NCBI GenBank assembly: GCA_963719225.1 | Contig: CAVRAY010000001.1 | Coordinates: forward strand, 2,816,001-2,880,000 | Length of the DNA: 64,000 nucleotides | Reading direction: 5' to 3' | Origin: Thermoanaerobaculia bacterium | Lineage (GTDB): Bacteria; Acidobacteriota; Thermoanaerobaculia; UBA5066 | Shown here: in pieces, positions 40,278-50,999 of the stretch | How positions within the stretch are numbered: the first letter of the stretch is position 1 | Layout of the letters: each line of letters starts with the position of its first letter | Translations under genes and position numbers: made by a program | The notes under the pieces: model-generated | Seen by the model: the letters and a program-made list of their open reading frames with translations, nothing else | Databases searched by the model: none | Told to the model about the DNA's origin: nothing

Positions 40278-41423
40278 ATGGTCGAAGCGAACAAGGAAAA
40301 GCTCAAGGCGCTCGAGCAGGCCGTCCAGCAGATCGACAAGCAGTTCGGAAAAGGCGCGCTCGTCCGTCTCGGCGACAAGCCCCACGAAGTCATCCAATCC
40401 ATCTCCACAGGCTCGATCGGCGTCGACTCCGCGCTCGGGATCGGGGGCATCCCCCGGGGCCGGGTCATCGAGGTCTTCGGGCCCGAGTCCTCCGGCAAGA
40501 CCACCCTGACCCTGCACGTCATCGCCGAGGCGCAGAAGCACGGCGGGCTCGCGGCATTCATCGACGCCGAGCACGCCCTCGACCCCGATTACGCCAAGAA
40601 GCTCGGCGTCGACGTCGACAACCTCATGGTGTCGCAGCCCGACTCGGGCGAGCAGGCGCTCGAGATCGCCGAAGCGCTCGTCCGCTCGGCCGCCATCGAC
40701 GTGGTCGTCATCGATTCCGTCGCCGCGCTCGTTCCGAAAGCCGAGCTCGAGGGCGAGATGGGCGACGCCTCGATGGGTCTGCAGGCACGACTCATGTCCC
40801 AGGCTCTCCGAAAGCTCACCGCCGTCGTCTCGAAGTCGAAGACCACTCTCATCTTCATCAACCAGATCCGCGAGAAGATCGGCGTGATGTTCGGGAACCC
40901 CGAGACGACGACGGGCGGCCGGGCCCTGAAGTTCTATTCGTCGGTGCGCATCGACATCCGGCGCATCAACGCGATCAAGGACGGCGAGGTCGTCGTCGGC
41001 AGCCGGACGAAGGTCAAGGTCGTCAAGAACAAGGTGGCGCCCCCGTTCCGCATCGCCGAGTTCGACATCGCGTACGGCGAAGGCATCTCGAAGACGGGGG
41101 AGCTGGTCGACATCGGCGTCGAGATGAAGATCATCGAAAAGTCGGGGGCGTGGTTCAGTTACGGCGACCTTCGCATCGGCCAGGGTCGGGAGAACACGAA
41201 GCAGTTCTTTCGCGAAAACCCGGACGTGGCCGGCGAGGTCGAGAGAAAGATCCGGGCGAACCTCGGACTTCCGACGGGCGACGTCCTCGGCGCTCCGGTC
41301 CCGGCCGGCGGGCCGTCTTCCGCCGAGCCGAAACCCGCAAAGTCCGCGGCCCCGGGCGAAAAAAAAGAGGTGAAATCGGGCCGGCGGGGCAAACCCTGGA
41401 GGCCCTTCGTTCGTCTCATGTGA
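40278..41423 (+). CDS. recA: Recombinase A
   Basis: [32 protein letters not shown]. Confidence 0.99.
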   Translation: MVEANKEKLKALEQAVQQIDKQFGKGALVRLGDKPHEVIQSISTGSIGVDSALGIGGIPRGRVIEVFGPESSGKTTLTLHVIAEAQKHGGLAAFIDAEHALDPDYAKKLGVDVDNLMVSQPDSGEQALEIAEALVRSAAIDVVVIDSVAALVPKAELEGEMGDASMGLQARLMSQALRKLTAVVSKSKTTLIFINQIREKIGVMFGNPETTTGGRALKFYSSVRIDIRRINAIKDGEVVVGSRTKVKVVKNKVAPPFRIAEFDIAYGEGISKTGELVDIGVEMKIIEKSGAWFSYGDLRIGQGRENTKQFFRENPDVAGEVERKIRANLGLPTGDVLGAPVPAGGPSSAEPKPAKSAAPGEKKEVKSGRRGKPWRPFVRLM

Positions 41424-41427
41424 GGTC

Positions 41428-41925
41428 ATGGTCATGAATGCCGGCCCGAACCCCTCTCCCGAAGAGCCGAAGGGCCCGGCGGGAAGGACGCGGCTGCCCT
41501 GGAGCCGATCCGAGGCCTTGCGCTTCTGGATGGTCGCCGTCGCGACGACGGCTCTTCTCGAAACCGCGGTCGTCGCCTTGGGCGTGGCGTTTCCGGCCGC
41601 TTCGGCGCCGCCCCAGCAGACCGTCCGAGTCCTCGCGCTTGCGGCCCTCCTCCCGATTCTGTTTCTCTCCCTCGCGCGCTTCGCGGAAAAGAAATATCAG
41701 CGGCGCCCGACGAAGGCCTTCCAGATCTCGCAATTCGGGTTTTATCTCGTCGGGACCGCGCTCGTCAGCGCGGGCTTCGTGAGGCATCGGGCCAACCTCG
41801 ACCCGTCTCTCCCGCTGCTTTTCGCAGGAGAGGTTCTCCTCGGCGCCGCCGCGCTTCTCCTCGCCGCGTGGATCGTGAGCGTGCTCCTCTGCACACCCAC
41901 GAAAGACACCCTCACGATTCCCTGA
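41428..41925 (+). CDS. Hypothetical 4-TM membrane protein
   Basis: Four hydrophobic segments; GAGG upstream. Confidence 0.55.
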   Translation: MVMNAGPNPSPEEPKGPAGRTRLPWSRSEALRFWMVAVATTALLETAVVALGVAFPAASAPPQQTVRVLALAALLPILFLSLARFAEKKYQRRPTKAFQISQFGFYLVGTALVSAGFVRHRANLDPSLPLLFAGEVLLGAAALLLAAWIVSVLLCTPTKDTLTIP

Positions 41926-41958
41926 CCCGACGTCCCACGGCGGGCACCCGTAGAATCC

Positions 41959-44900
41959 GTGCTGATGCGGCGGGGCCGAGCGCTCTCCTTCCTTCTCCGG
42001 CTCCTGCCGATCGCGGCCATGGGGCTGACGGTCCCGGCCCGCGCCGCTTCATCTCCGACCACGCTTTCTGCCTGGTTGAAGATCGTTCCAGGAGCCGCCC
42101 GCATCGGGCGGCTCACCTCCCTCGCCGCCGCCCCGCTCTCGCCAAACGCGCCCGGTCTCCTCCTGAAGCTCGACTCGGAAGGTTGGAAGCCCGGCAATGC
42201 CGCCGCGCGGGACGCGGTTCGCGCTCTGGCCAGGGAAGCGCATCGCCGGGGCTGGCGGTGGGGCCTCTCGCTCGAGCTGCCGGACGTGACGATTCCGGCG
42301 GATGTGCGCGCCGCCGAGGCGGCCACCGTCGAAGAGCTGTGGCCCGGACTCGGAGAGATTCTCAGGGTCGCAAAGGATGCGGACCTCGTCGCGATCGACT
42401 TCCAATACACGAGGGTTCCGGGAATTCATGACTTCGGGCACCCTCAGGAAGGCACATTCGACCCGAAGGCGCGGGCCTATTTGCTTAGAAAGGTAGCTGC
42501 GGGTGCGCGCGCGGCAGCCCCCCAAGCGCGTCTCGTCCTCGCCGCCGGTCCCCTCGCGAGAGGCGAACTTTTCCCCGCCGACGTCCGCAAACTCCTTTCA
42601 GAAGAAAATACCGCGTATTTCGACTTCGTCGGCGCGACCCCTCTCGCGTCGCCAAAACCCGGCGAAGTCCGAGTGGCGATCGATGACGTCGCCTTCGGCA
42701 AGCCCGCTCTCGTCGACCTCGATTCCTCCGGAGTCCGCTCCCCTGCGGACCTCCTCGCCGCCGCCGCGCGCCTCGCGCCGGAGAACGTCCCGTTCGTCGT
42801 CGCGAGCCCGGCGTGGGATCCCTCGAGGGACGCCGCCCTCGAGCGCCTCGCACGCCTCCTCGACGGCGATTTCGGGCCCGATTCCCGCGCGGCGACGGCC
42901 TCGGCGGCGGGCGGCGAAGCCCTCGACGTCTTCCGATTCGTCGAGAGAGCCGATCTCGGCGGCGTCGTCCTGGTCCCGGGGACCTCGCCGGCGGCGGGCC
43001 TCCCGTCCGGCACCTTCACGCTGACCCTCGACGAGACGGCATACGCCTCGGCCGAAGTCTTCGAGCTTGCGACCGGCGCCTCGAAAAAATTCGAAGTTCC
43101 CGCCCGCTCCGTCCCGGCCCGTCTCTCGCTCTCTCTCGGAAACGGCCCTCTCGGCGTGCGTCTCCTCGCCCGGGAAAAGCTCCCTTCGGAGGCCGCGAAG
43201 GCCGCTGTCGGCGTCGCCGTGACTCGCGGCATCACGGCCGACGAGATCCTCGCGAAACATCAGGCGTGGCGCGCCGCCCGCGACTCACGGTGGAAGACGC
43301 TCACGGCGCGGAGCACGATGTCGATGCGTTTTCGCTTCGCGGAATTGAACAACACGTTCGACCTCGCGCTCGCGGGGCCGTTCTTCTACGAAAAAGGCGG
43401 CAGCTACGACTGGGCCTGGAGCGAGGCGTACTTCAACGGCGTGCGCTGGAAAGGGAAGAAGATCCCCGAGCTGCCTCTCCTGCAGCCCGAGAAGGTCTCG
43501 GACATGCCGCTCGCCCTGACCTTCGACGACGCCTACGCCTACACGCTCGCGGGGCAGGACACCGTGAACGGCATCCCCTGCTGGGCGCTCGATTTCACGC
43601 CTCGCGCCGCGGCCTCCGACAAGCCTCTCTACGCCGGAACGGTCTGGGTCGCCAAGGCGGACTTCGCGGCAATCCGGACGCGCACGCGCCAGCTCAACCT
43701 CACGGCCGAGATCCAGGCCGTGGACGAGATCTCGGATTTCGGCGAGGTGCCCGCTCCCGACGGCGGGCCTCCTCTTCGCCTCCCCACGCACACGACCGGA
43801 CAGTGGATTCTCAAGACGTTTTCGCGAACCACCGTGATCGAGCGGGAGAGCACGCTTTCGAACGTGCGGCTCGATCCCCCGGGGTTCGTCGCCGAGCGTC
43901 AGGCGGCCTTCGCCTCGCCGGACGTCATGGTGCGGGACACCGAGAAGGGCGTGCGGTATCTCGAGAAGACGAAGGAAGGCGGGCGCGTCGTCACCTCCGA
44001 TACGAAGCGCACGCATCTGTTCGGTCTCGGCGGTGTCTTCTACGACAGCTCGTTCGATTACCCCCTCCCCCTTCTCGGCGTGTATTACGTCGACCTCGAC
44101 TTTCACAAGAGGCACGAGCAGCTGCAGGTTTTTTTCGGTGGGGTCCTCCTCGCCGCCTCGTACAACCAGCCGCGCCTCTTCGGGACGGCCATCGATGCAG
44201 GCATCGACGTCTTCGGCATCGCGATCCGGGGATCGGACGCGCTGTTCGTGGACGGGACGGAGGACAAGCTCCAGCGTGTGAAGTCGCGCTCGTTCGCGGG
44301 GAGCTTCAAGGCGGGCATTCCCCTCGGGCGGCACGTGAAGCTGTCGGCGACGCTCGGCGAGACCCATCGCGACTTCGCCGCCGACGACACGGAGACGTCG
44401 CCCGCGTTCGTCGTTCCGTCCGACCACTGGGTCACGCGGCTCGAGGGGCAGGCCGTCTGGGACCTCCGCGGATGGGCGCTCTCCGGACGGTACGCATGGA
44501 ACAGGCGCTCGCGCTGGGATCCGTGGGGCCCCGCCGGCAACCCGGACTACGCCCCGGGCAAGGACGAGTACCGTACGTATTCCCTCCAGCTCTCCAAGGA
44601 CTTTCACCTCCCGCGCTTCCAGCGCATTCAGGCGTCTCTTTCGTATCTCGGCTCGGACAACACGGACCGCTTCTCCAAGTACAGCTTCGGGTTCTTCGGC
44701 GGAACATCCCTGCGGGGCTTCCGCTCGGGTGCGCTGCGGGCCGAGGAGGCCGTCACGTCGAGGTTCGCCTACGGATACGTCTTCGGCGACGTCCTGCGCC
44801 TCGAGGTCGTCTACGACGACGCGCGCGTCAAGGACCTCGCGGCCGGGCTCGACTGGGCCTACTTCAGCGGAGCGGGCCTCTCGGGCGAGGTGCCCGGCCC

Positions 44901-45003
44901 CTGGTCCACGCTCGTTCGATTCGACGCCGGGACGCCCGTCGCCGGCCGCAACCGCGGCCAGACCGGCTTCGTCGTGAGCCTCACGTTTCTGAAGATCTTC
45001 TAA
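41959..45003 (+). CDS. Large secreted/outer-membrane protein (LolA/MucB-like middle region, C-terminal beta-barrel-like region)
   Basis: Signal peptide; alternating aromatic beta-strands; C-terminal Phe (LTFLKIF). Confidence 0.65.
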   Translation: MLMRRGRALSFLLRLLPIAAMGLTVPARAASSPTTLSAWLKIVPGAARIGRLTSLAAAPLSPNAPGLLLKLDSEGWKPGNAAARDAVRALAREAHRRGWRWGLSLELPDVTIPADVRAAEAATVEELWPGLGEILRVAKDADLVAIDFQYTRVPGIHDFGHPQEGTFDPKARAYLLRKVAAGARAAAPQARLVLAAGPLARGELFPADVRKLLSEENTAYFDFVGATPLASPKPGEVRVAIDDVAFGKPALVDLDSSGVRSPADLLAAAARLAPENVPFVVASPAWDPSRDAALERLARLLDGDFGPDSRAATASAAGGEALDVFRFVERADLGGVVLVPGTSPAAGLPSGTFTLTLDETAYASAEVFELATGASKKFEVPARSVPARLSLSLGNGPLGVRLLAREKLPSEAAKAAVGVAVTRGITADEILAKHQAWRAARDSRWKTLTARSTMSMRFRFAELNNTFDLALAGPFFYEKGGSYDWAWSEAYFNGVRWKGKKIPELPLLQPEKVSDMPLALTFDDAYAYTLAGQDTVNGIPCWALDFTPRAAASDKPLYAGTVWVAKADFAAIRTRTRQLNLTAEIQAVDEISDFGEVPAPDGGPPLRLPTHTTGQWILKTFSRTTVIERESTLSNVRLDPPGFVAERQAAFASPDVMVRDTEKGVRYLEKTKEGGRVVTSDTKRTHLFGLGGVFYDSSFDYPLPLLGVYYVDLDFHKRHEQLQVFFGGVLLAASYNQPRLFGTAIDAGIDVFGIAIRGSDALFVDGTEDKLQRVKSRSFAGSFKAGIPLGRHVKLSATLGETHRDFAADDTETSPAFVVPSDHWVTRLEGQAVWDLRGWALSGRYAWNRRSRWDPWGPAGNPDYAPGKDEYRTYSLQLSKDFHLPRFQRIQASLSYLGSDNTDRFSKYSFGFFGGTSLRGFRSGALRAEEAVTSRFAYGYVFGDVLRLEVVYDDARVKDLAAGLDWAYFSGAGLSGEVPGPWSTLVRFDAGTPVAGRNRGQTGFVVSLTFLKIF

Positions 45004-46484
45004 CGAAGCAGCAGGCAGTGAACGCCGCCCTCGCCGCTCGGGAAGAGCGCGACGGGGACGACGGACAGACCGTTCGCCTCGTAAAGCGCCCGCTGCCCGT
45101 CGAAGAGCGGGTTCGGGCTCGTGGCCGCCTCGTCGATCTCGCGCCATGCATCCCGAAGGCTCGCGTCGAGACTCGCGAACGCCGTTTCCGTGGGGGCGGT
45201 CTCCCACGCGTCGAGGCGTCCCTGCAGGGTGAAGAGCGCGTCCTGCAGCTGCGCCATCGCGCTCCTGACTCCCGGCGCCGGAGGCCGGTGCTCCGGGTAG
45301 CGAGCGAGGAGCACGACGGGCCTGCCCGAGGTCGCGTCGATGAACTTGCTCACGTTCACCGGCGAGCGTACCGGATGGTCTTCGAACGGGAGGCGCACGA
45401 CGCGGTAGCCGCGCGCCTCCATCTGGCTCGCGACGAGGTCGTACTCCTTCTGGACGTCCCGGACGAACGCCTCGGGAAGGGCCTCCCGCGAGTTCGCGTC
45501 GACGGGAGCCTTTTCGTATGTCGGCACGAACGCGACCGTCTCGGTGAGGTTCCGCATGGCCGCGACCGCCATGTCCGCGTGGAACAGCTCCTCGCTCCCC
45601 CGCGACGGGTCGCGGAGCGCGCCCTCTCCGAGGATCAGCACTTCGACGCCGAAGAAGGCCGACGAGAACGCGCGCCGGACTTCCTCGATCTGCTCCGTCG
45701 TCATCGGACGTCCGACGAGGGATTTTCCGTCGCGCCTTTCGAGATAGCGGATCGCGCGATGACGGCCGACGAGGAGCCCGATCGAGCCGTCGGGAAGCCA
45801 GCTCAAAGCGAGGTCGCCGCCTTCCGTATTGATGTCGCCGACGTGGACGCCGCGGAGCCGGCACACGGAAAAGTCGCCGGGAAAGGCCTTCGAGATCCGC
45901 TCGACCGGCTCGGCATACGTGGGATCCGTGTCACCGCCGACGCCGAGGACGAGCCGGCCGGCGCGGTCGTGACCCAGGATCTCCGCCATGTCCTGCGGAT
46001 AGGGGAGCGGTCGCGACACGCGGAAAAACCTCGTCCGCGCCTGGATCGTCGCCTGCGTCCAGCCGTGGCGCGTCGCCAGGTACGCACGGAAATCAGCCTC
46101 TTCCTCGCCCGAAGCCTCGGGGACCGTCGCCGGGTCGGGCACGGCCACGAAGAACGTCGCGTAGGCCGGCAGCACCTTCATGCTGTCTCCCTGCAGGAGC
46201 TCGAAGTCGAGGGCATAGAGCCGGCGCCTGAGGTCCACGATCCGCGGATCGGTCGCGCCGCGCAGAGGATTCCGGCCGGACGCTCCGTGGGGGCGGAGGC
46301 CGATCACCACGCGCGCGAACGGCCGTTCCGACTCCGGCAGGAGGACGAGATCCTGTCCGGCGATTTCGATCGGCCTGAAGCGCGAGGAGAGCGCCGGAGG
46401 CTTCGGGGCGAGAAAGATCGCGAGCGCGGCGGCGCCGGCGAGCGCCGCGATGCTGCCGAGAACCGCGACGCGGTGTCCTTTCAT
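45000..46484 (-). CDS. Amidinotransferase/arginine-deiminase (pentein) fold protein, N-terminal anchor
   Basis: YPQD, EGGD, HAD and terminal GGVHC motifs. Confidence 0.65.
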   Translation of the reverse strand: MKGHRVAVLGSIAALAGAAALAIFLAPKPPALSSRFRPIEIAGQDLVLLPESERPFARVVIGLRPHGASGRNPLRGATDPRIVDLRRRLYALDFELLQGDSMKVLPAYATFFVAVPDPATVPEASGEEEADFRAYLATRHGWTQATIQARTRFFRVSRPLPYPQDMAEILGHDRAGRLVLGVGGDTDPTYAEPVERISKAFPGDFSVCRLRGVHVGDINTEGGDLALSWLPDGSIGLLVGRHRAIRYLERRDGKSLVGRPMTTEQIEEVRRAFSSAFFGVEVLILGEGALRDPSRGSEELFHADMAVAAMRNLTETVAFVPTYEKAPVDANSREALPEAFVRDVQKEYDLVASQMEARGYRVVRLPFEDHPVRSPVNVSKFIDATSGRPVVLLARYPEHRPPAPGVRSAMAQLQDALFTLQGRLDAWETAPTETAFASLDASLRDAWREIDEAATSPNPLFDGQRALYEANGLSVVPVALFPSGEGGVHCLLLR

Positions 46485-46541
46485 CAGCCCGTTCCGACCG
46501 TGAGGATCAGTCTACGCCGCGACCCGTACAATCCCGGCGCG

Positions 46542-47138
46542 ATGCGCCGCCTGCTCCTCGCCCTTTTCGTTCTGCTCGCGTTCGTTCCCGGCGCTCGCGC
46601 GCGCGGCGCGGGATGGTCGCTCGCGGACGAGAGGCGGATGGCCGCCGACGCGGCTTCCTTCGCGCCTCCGGATTTCAAGCGCCAGCTCGCCAGGCACTCG
46701 CGGCGCCTCATGCAGGGCGTGAGCGACGCGGCTGCCGCCGAGACCGGTGCCCGCACGGCTGCAGCCCATCGCGTCGCGGCGGGCCGCGGCGCGCGCGCGC
46801 TGGCGGAATCGATCCGCCGTCACACGCCCTTCGACGAGATCGCCTACCAGGCCGGGGGGATCGTCCACGAGCTCGCACGGGCGTTCCCTCCGCCGCCAGC
46901 GCCGGCCGCGGACGTATCGGCGGGCGCCCGCTTCCTCGGCTTCCCCGTGGAGACCTTCGCGGCCCCCGAGAAGCTCGTGTCGGACGCGTTGCCCTCCGGC
47001 ACGGCGCGCGAATGCTACGACGCGTCCGTCACCCTCACGGCGAGGCTCCTCGCCTGGATCTGGAAGACCGCCGGTGGCGACGCTTCTTCCGTCGCGCGGT
47101 ACCCCTTCTCGAAAGGACCTTACGTCGTTCGTGAGTGA
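46542..47138 (+). CDS. Secreted hypothetical protein
   Basis: Signal peptide MRRLLLALFVLLAFVPGARA; overlaps the purH start. Confidence 0.6.
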   Translation: MRRLLLALFVLLAFVPGARARGAGWSLADERRMAADAASFAPPDFKRQLARHSRRLMQGVSDAAAAETGARTAAAHRVAAGRGARALAESIRRHTPFDEIAYQAGGIVHELARAFPPPPAPAADVSAGARFLGFPVETFAAPEKLVSDALPSGTARECYDASVTLTARLLAWIWKTAGGDASSVARYPFSKGPYVVRE

Positions 47139-48672
47139 CCGCCTCGCCCTCCTCTCCGTCTCCGAGCGCAGCGGCCTCGTCGAATTCGCGCGCGTTCTCG
47201 CCGGACTGGGCTTCGGACTCGTCTCGACAGGCGGCACGGCGGCGCATCTCGCGGCCGCGGGTCTCGGCGTCACCAACGTCTCGGATCTCACCGGTTTCCC
47301 CGAGGTCTTCGGGGGTCGCGTGAAGACGCTCCATCCCAGGCTTTTCGGCGGCATCCTGTTCGACCGTTCCGAGGAACGGGACCGCGTCGAAGCCTCCGCG
47401 CACGGCGCCTCGCCCATCGATCTCGTCGTCGTGAATCTCTACCCGTTCGAGGAAGCCGTCGCCAGAGAGAACGTGGACTTTCGCGAGGCCATCGAGAAGA
47501 TCGACGTCGGCGGCCCCTCGCTGCTGCGCGCGGCCGCGAAGAACCACGCCCATGTCGGAGCCGTATGCGATCCCCGGGACTACGCCGCCGTCGCCGAAGA
47601 GCTGACGAAGAGCGGTGGGACCCTCAGCGACGTGACGCGCAGGCGTCTGGCCGCGAAGGTTTTCCGGCGCACCGCAGCCTACGACGCCGCGATCGCCCGC
47701 TGGTTCTCGGGAGAGACGGGTGAAAAGTTTCCCGAACTCCTGTCGCTCTCCTTCTCGCTCGGAGCACCGCTGCGCTACGGCGAAAACCCGCACCAGAAGG
47801 CGTCGCTCTACGTGGATTCCGCAGCCGGGCCTCCCGCTCTTTCGCGCCACCGGTTCATGCAGGGGAAAGAGCTCTCGTACAACAACTTCCTCGACGCGGA
47901 CGCGGCGCTCTACACGTCGCGCGTCGTGGGACCCAACGCGCTCACGATCGTGAAGCACCGCGTCCCCTCGGGCGTCGCCACGGGGGACACGATGGCCGAG
48001 GCGTTCGAGGCCGCCTGGGCTTCCGATCCCGTCTCGGGCTTCGGCGGCGTCGTCGCGTACACGGGCACGCTGGACGCCGGGGCGGCGACCACGATCACGT
48101 CGCGCTTCCTCGAAGTCATCGTCGCGCACGAGGTGACGGACGGGGCAAAGCCGGTCCTCGCCGGGAAACCGAATCTCCGCGTCCTGACCGTCTCGCCGGA
48201 AAGAGACGCCCGCCCTCGCCTCGAAGTTCGGGCCATCGACGGCGGACTCCTCGTCCAGGAAGGCGATCTCGCTCCCGACGAGCCGTCGGAATGGAAGGTC
48301 GTCACGAAACGGGTGCCGGACGATTCCGAAAGGCGCGCGCTCTCGTTCGCGAACCGCGTTCTCCGCGGAGTCGTCTCGAACGGCATCGTCGTGGCAGGCG
48401 AGACCGCGACGTACGGCATCGGCGGCGGGCGGACGAGCCGCGTGGACGCGTGCCGGGACGCCGTCGGCAAGGCCGGAGCGCGCGCGAACGGCGCGGTCGC
48501 GGCCTCGGACGCGTTCTTCCCTTTTCCGGACGGCCTCGAGGTGCTCGCGGCGGCGGGAGTGACGGCGATCGTCCAGCCGGGCGGCTCCGTGAGGGACGCC
48601 GCCGTCATCGCCGCTGCGGACGGCGCGGGGATTGCAATGATGTTCACGGGGAAGAGACATTTCAGACATTGA
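47131..48672 (+). CDS. purH: Bifunctional AICAR transformylase/IMP cyclohydrolase
   Basis: STGGT, GRVKTLHP, IDVGGP, LRYGENPHQ, SDAFFPF, RHFRH. Confidence 0.97.
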   Translation: MSDRLALLSVSERSGLVEFARVLAGLGFGLVSTGGTAAHLAAAGLGVTNVSDLTGFPEVFGGRVKTLHPRLFGGILFDRSEERDRVEASAHGASPIDLVVVNLYPFEEAVARENVDFREAIEKIDVGGPSLLRAAAKNHAHVGAVCDPRDYAAVAEELTKSGGTLSDVTRRRLAAKVFRRTAAYDAAIARWFSGETGEKFPELLSLSFSLGAPLRYGENPHQKASLYVDSAAGPPALSRHRFMQGKELSYNNFLDADAALYTSRVVGPNALTIVKHRVPSGVATGDTMAEAFEAAWASDPVSGFGGVVAYTGTLDAGAATTITSRFLEVIVAHEVTDGAKPVLAGKPNLRVLTVSPERDARPRLEVRAIDGGLLVQEGDLAPDEPSEWKVVTKRVPDDSERRALSFANRVLRGVVSNGIVVAGETATYGIGGGRTSRVDACRDAVGKAGARANGAVAASDAFFPFPDGLEVLAAAGVTAIVQPGGSVRDAAVIAAADGAGIAMMFTGKRHFRH

Positions 48673-48689
48673 GAGAAGAAGAAGAGGAA

Positions 48690-48788
48690 GATTTTCTTAG
48701 AAAGTGAATGCATCCCCGAGCATCCCGACCGCGCGCCGTAGTTTGTTCGGCGTCGCCTTTCTCGCCTGCGTCTTCGCCTTCGAAGCAC
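48690..48788. repeat. Convergent motif pair (cores 48694-48702 + and degenerate 48779-48787 -)
   Basis: GATTTTCTTAGAAAGTGA after a GAAGAAGAAGAGGAA run; TGCTTCGAAGGCGA (rev); 85 bp apart. Confidence 0.55.
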
Positions 48789-49405
48789 GGCCGGCGAAGC
48801 CGGCCGCAACGCCATCTCCTCCCGCCACGGCATCCCTCGACTCGCGATCCGTCCTCGCGAGCGTCCGAAAAGCCTATTCCTCCACTCCCTCCGTCGGCTG
48901 CACGTTCGTGCAGACGTACGCGCCCGCCGGGTTCGCGGAGACCGCGCCCGAGACCGGACGGCTCGTCCTGCAGGCGCCGGACCGCGTGCGCTTCGATTAC
49001 GACGGGCCGGAGGGAAAGGTCTTCACGTTCGACGGCAAGGCCGGCCGGCAGTACGTTGCGGCGGATCGGCAGCTCGTCGTGCGGAGCCTCAGCCCCGCGG
49101 AGATCGCGCGGTTGCCGATCGTGTTCCTGGAGAGCCCCGACGCGCTTCTCGCGCGCTACGCGGCGCGCGCGGCCGCGATCGACGCCGGCCTGACCGAGCT
49201 CACCCTCACCCCTCGCGCCGGCGGCGATCCGAAATCGATCACGCTTCTCGCTGCGGCTTCGGGAGAGGTGAAGAGGCTCGTCCTCGTGGATGCCTCGGGC
49301 AACCGCACGACGTTCACGTTCACGCAGAAGGTGCCCGGCCCGAAGCTCCCGGATACCGATTTCGCCCTCGTGCCGCCCGCGGGAACGAAGATCCTCTCGG
49401 AGTGA
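48704..49405 (+). CDS. lolA: Outer-membrane lipoprotein carrier LolA family
   Basis: FVQTY..., G.LVLQAPDRVRFDY, FDGK, C-terminal F..PP.G. Confidence 0.75.
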   Translation: MNASPSIPTARRSLFGVAFLACVFAFEARPAKPAATPSPPATASLDSRSVLASVRKAYSSTPSVGCTFVQTYAPAGFAETAPETGRLVLQAPDRVRFDYDGPEGKVFTFDGKAGRQYVAADRQLVVRSLSPAEIARLPIVFLESPDALLARYAARAAAIDAGLTELTLTPRAGGDPKSITLLAAASGEVKRLVLVDASGNRTTFTFTQKVPGPKLPDTDFALVPPAGTKILSE

Positions 49406-49408
49406 GCC

Positions 49409-49900
49409 ATGGCCGAACCCACATTCGACGTCGTCTCGGAAGTCAACCTGCCCGAGGTCGCGAACGCGGTCTCGCAGGCCAGGAAGGAAGTCGCGCAGCG
49501 CTTCGACCTGAAGGGCACCGCGGCCGGAATCGAGCAGAACGACAAGGAGCTCACGCTCACCGCGAACGACGAGTTCGGCCTGAAGGCCGTGACGGATCTC
49601 CTCCAGACGAAGCTCGCGAAGCGTGGAGTCTCCCTGAAGGCCCTCGACTACGGCCCGATCGAACCCGCGTCCAAGGGCACGGTGCGACAGCTCGTGACGA
49701 TTCGCCAGGGCATCTCCTCGGACAAGGCGCGCGAGATCGTCAAGGCCATCAAGGACAGCAAGCTGAAGGTGCAGGTCGCGATCCAGGGCGAGCAGCTGCG
49801 GGTCTCGGGGAAGAAGAAAGACGACCTGCAGGCCGCCATCTCCCTGATCCGCGGGGCGGACTTCGGTATCCCCCTCCAGTTCACGAATTTCCGCGGCTGA
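49409..49900 (+). CDS. yajQ: YajQ family cyclic di-GMP-binding protein
   Basis: PTFDVVSEV, RFDLKG, IQGEQLRVSGKKKDDLQ, QFTNFR. Confidence 0.95.
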   Translation: MAEPTFDVVSEVNLPEVANAVSQARKEVAQRFDLKGTAAGIEQNDKELTLTANDEFGLKAVTDLLQTKLAKRGVSLKALDYGPIEPASKGTVRQLVTIRQGISSDKAREIVKAIKDSKLKVQVAIQGEQLRVSGKKKDDLQAAISLIRGADFGIPLQFTNFRG

Positions 49901-49923
49901 CAGCGGTAAGATGCACCGCCGAG

Positions 49924-50982
49924 ATGAGCCAGACCTCGCTGAAAGACCGGCTGCTCGTCGCCACGCTCCCCGCCGACGAGAGGGAGAACGGGCGGCGCCT
50001 CCTCTCGGCTCTCGCGCCGATCGAAGGCAAGCTGAAGCTCGTCGAGGCCCGCCTCCAGGAGCGCACCCGCTCGGGCATTCCCACGATCTCCCTCATCGGC
50101 GACTACCTCGTCGAAGGCGGCGGCAAGAGGATCAGGCCCGCGCTCCTCCTTCTCGGCTCGCATCTCCTCGGGTGCGAAGGCGACCGGGACGTGAACTACG
50201 CGGCGATGATCGAGTTCATCCACACGGCGACGCTGGTGCACGACGACATCATCGACGACGCCGAGCTCAGGCGCGGCCGGCCGAGCGTGAACCGGCGGTG
50301 GGGGAACGAGCTGACCGTCCTCTTCGGCGACTTCCTGTACATGAAGTCCATGGAGATCGCGCTGGAGGAAGGGGACCTCAGGGTGCTGCGCCTTCTTTCG
50401 GACGTGACGCTCCGGATGACCGAAGGCGAGATCATCGGCGCCGAGCGGCGCGGGCTCCTCGACCTCACGCTCGAGGGCTATCTCGACATCGTGCGCCGCA
50501 AGACCGCCCTCCTCTTCGCGGGCGCCTGCAAGATCCCGTCGTTTCTCGTGACGGAAGCGTTCGGCGAGAGCCGCGAAGTCTGGGGCGAGCGCCTCTGGGA
50601 ATACGGAATGTCGCTCGGGATCGCTTTCCAGCTCCAGGACGACCTGCTCGACTACACCGCGAAGGAAGCGGACCTCGGCAAGCCCGTTCTTTCCGACCTC
50701 AGGGAGGGCAAGCTCACGCTGCCCCTGATCCTTTGCCTGCCGCACGCGACGCGGACCGAGCGCAAGCTCGTCGAGACCGTCGTGGCCGAGCAGGGCTTCG
50801 CTTCGGTCACGCCCGAACAGATTCTCGGGATCGTCCATCGCCTCGGCGCCCTCGAGCGCGCCCACGAGATGGTCGAGACCCACGCGGAGAGGGCCCGGGA
50901 AATCGCCTCCCTCTTCCCCGAAACGGCCTCGAGGGAGGGTTTTCTCCTCGCCGCCGAATACGCCGCAAATCGGCGTAAATAA
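49924..50982 (+). CDS. Polyprenyl diphosphate synthase
   Basis: GGKRIRP, HDDIID..RRG, FQLQDDLLD. Confidence 0.93.
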   Translation: MSQTSLKDRLLVATLPADERENGRRLLSALAPIEGKLKLVEARLQERTRSGIPTISLIGDYLVEGGGKRIRPALLLLGSHLLGCEGDRDVNYAAMIEFIHTATLVHDDIIDDAELRRGRPSVNRRWGNELTVLFGDFLYMKSMEIALEEGDLRVLRLLSDVTLRMTEGEIIGAERRGLLDLTLEGYLDIVRRKTALLFAGACKIPSFLVTEAFGESREVWGERLWEYGMSLGIAFQLQDDLLDYTAKEADLGKPVLSDLREGKLTLPLILCLPHATRTERKLVETVVAEQGFASVTPEQILGIVHRLGALERAHEMVETHAERAREIASLFPETASREGFLLAAEYAANRRK

Positions 50983-50999
50983 TTAGAAATAGAAGATTT

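Noticed and set aside
41350-41423. RecA C-terminal tail with an A8 run that might hide a frameshift
   Set aside because: RecA tails are variable and the ORF is intact; there is no independent evidence of an error
46542-47138. Possible S1/P1 nuclease or phospholipase C fold (Trp after the signal peptide, G..VH motif)
   Set aside because: Most Zn ligands are not evident; cannot be supported from sequence alone
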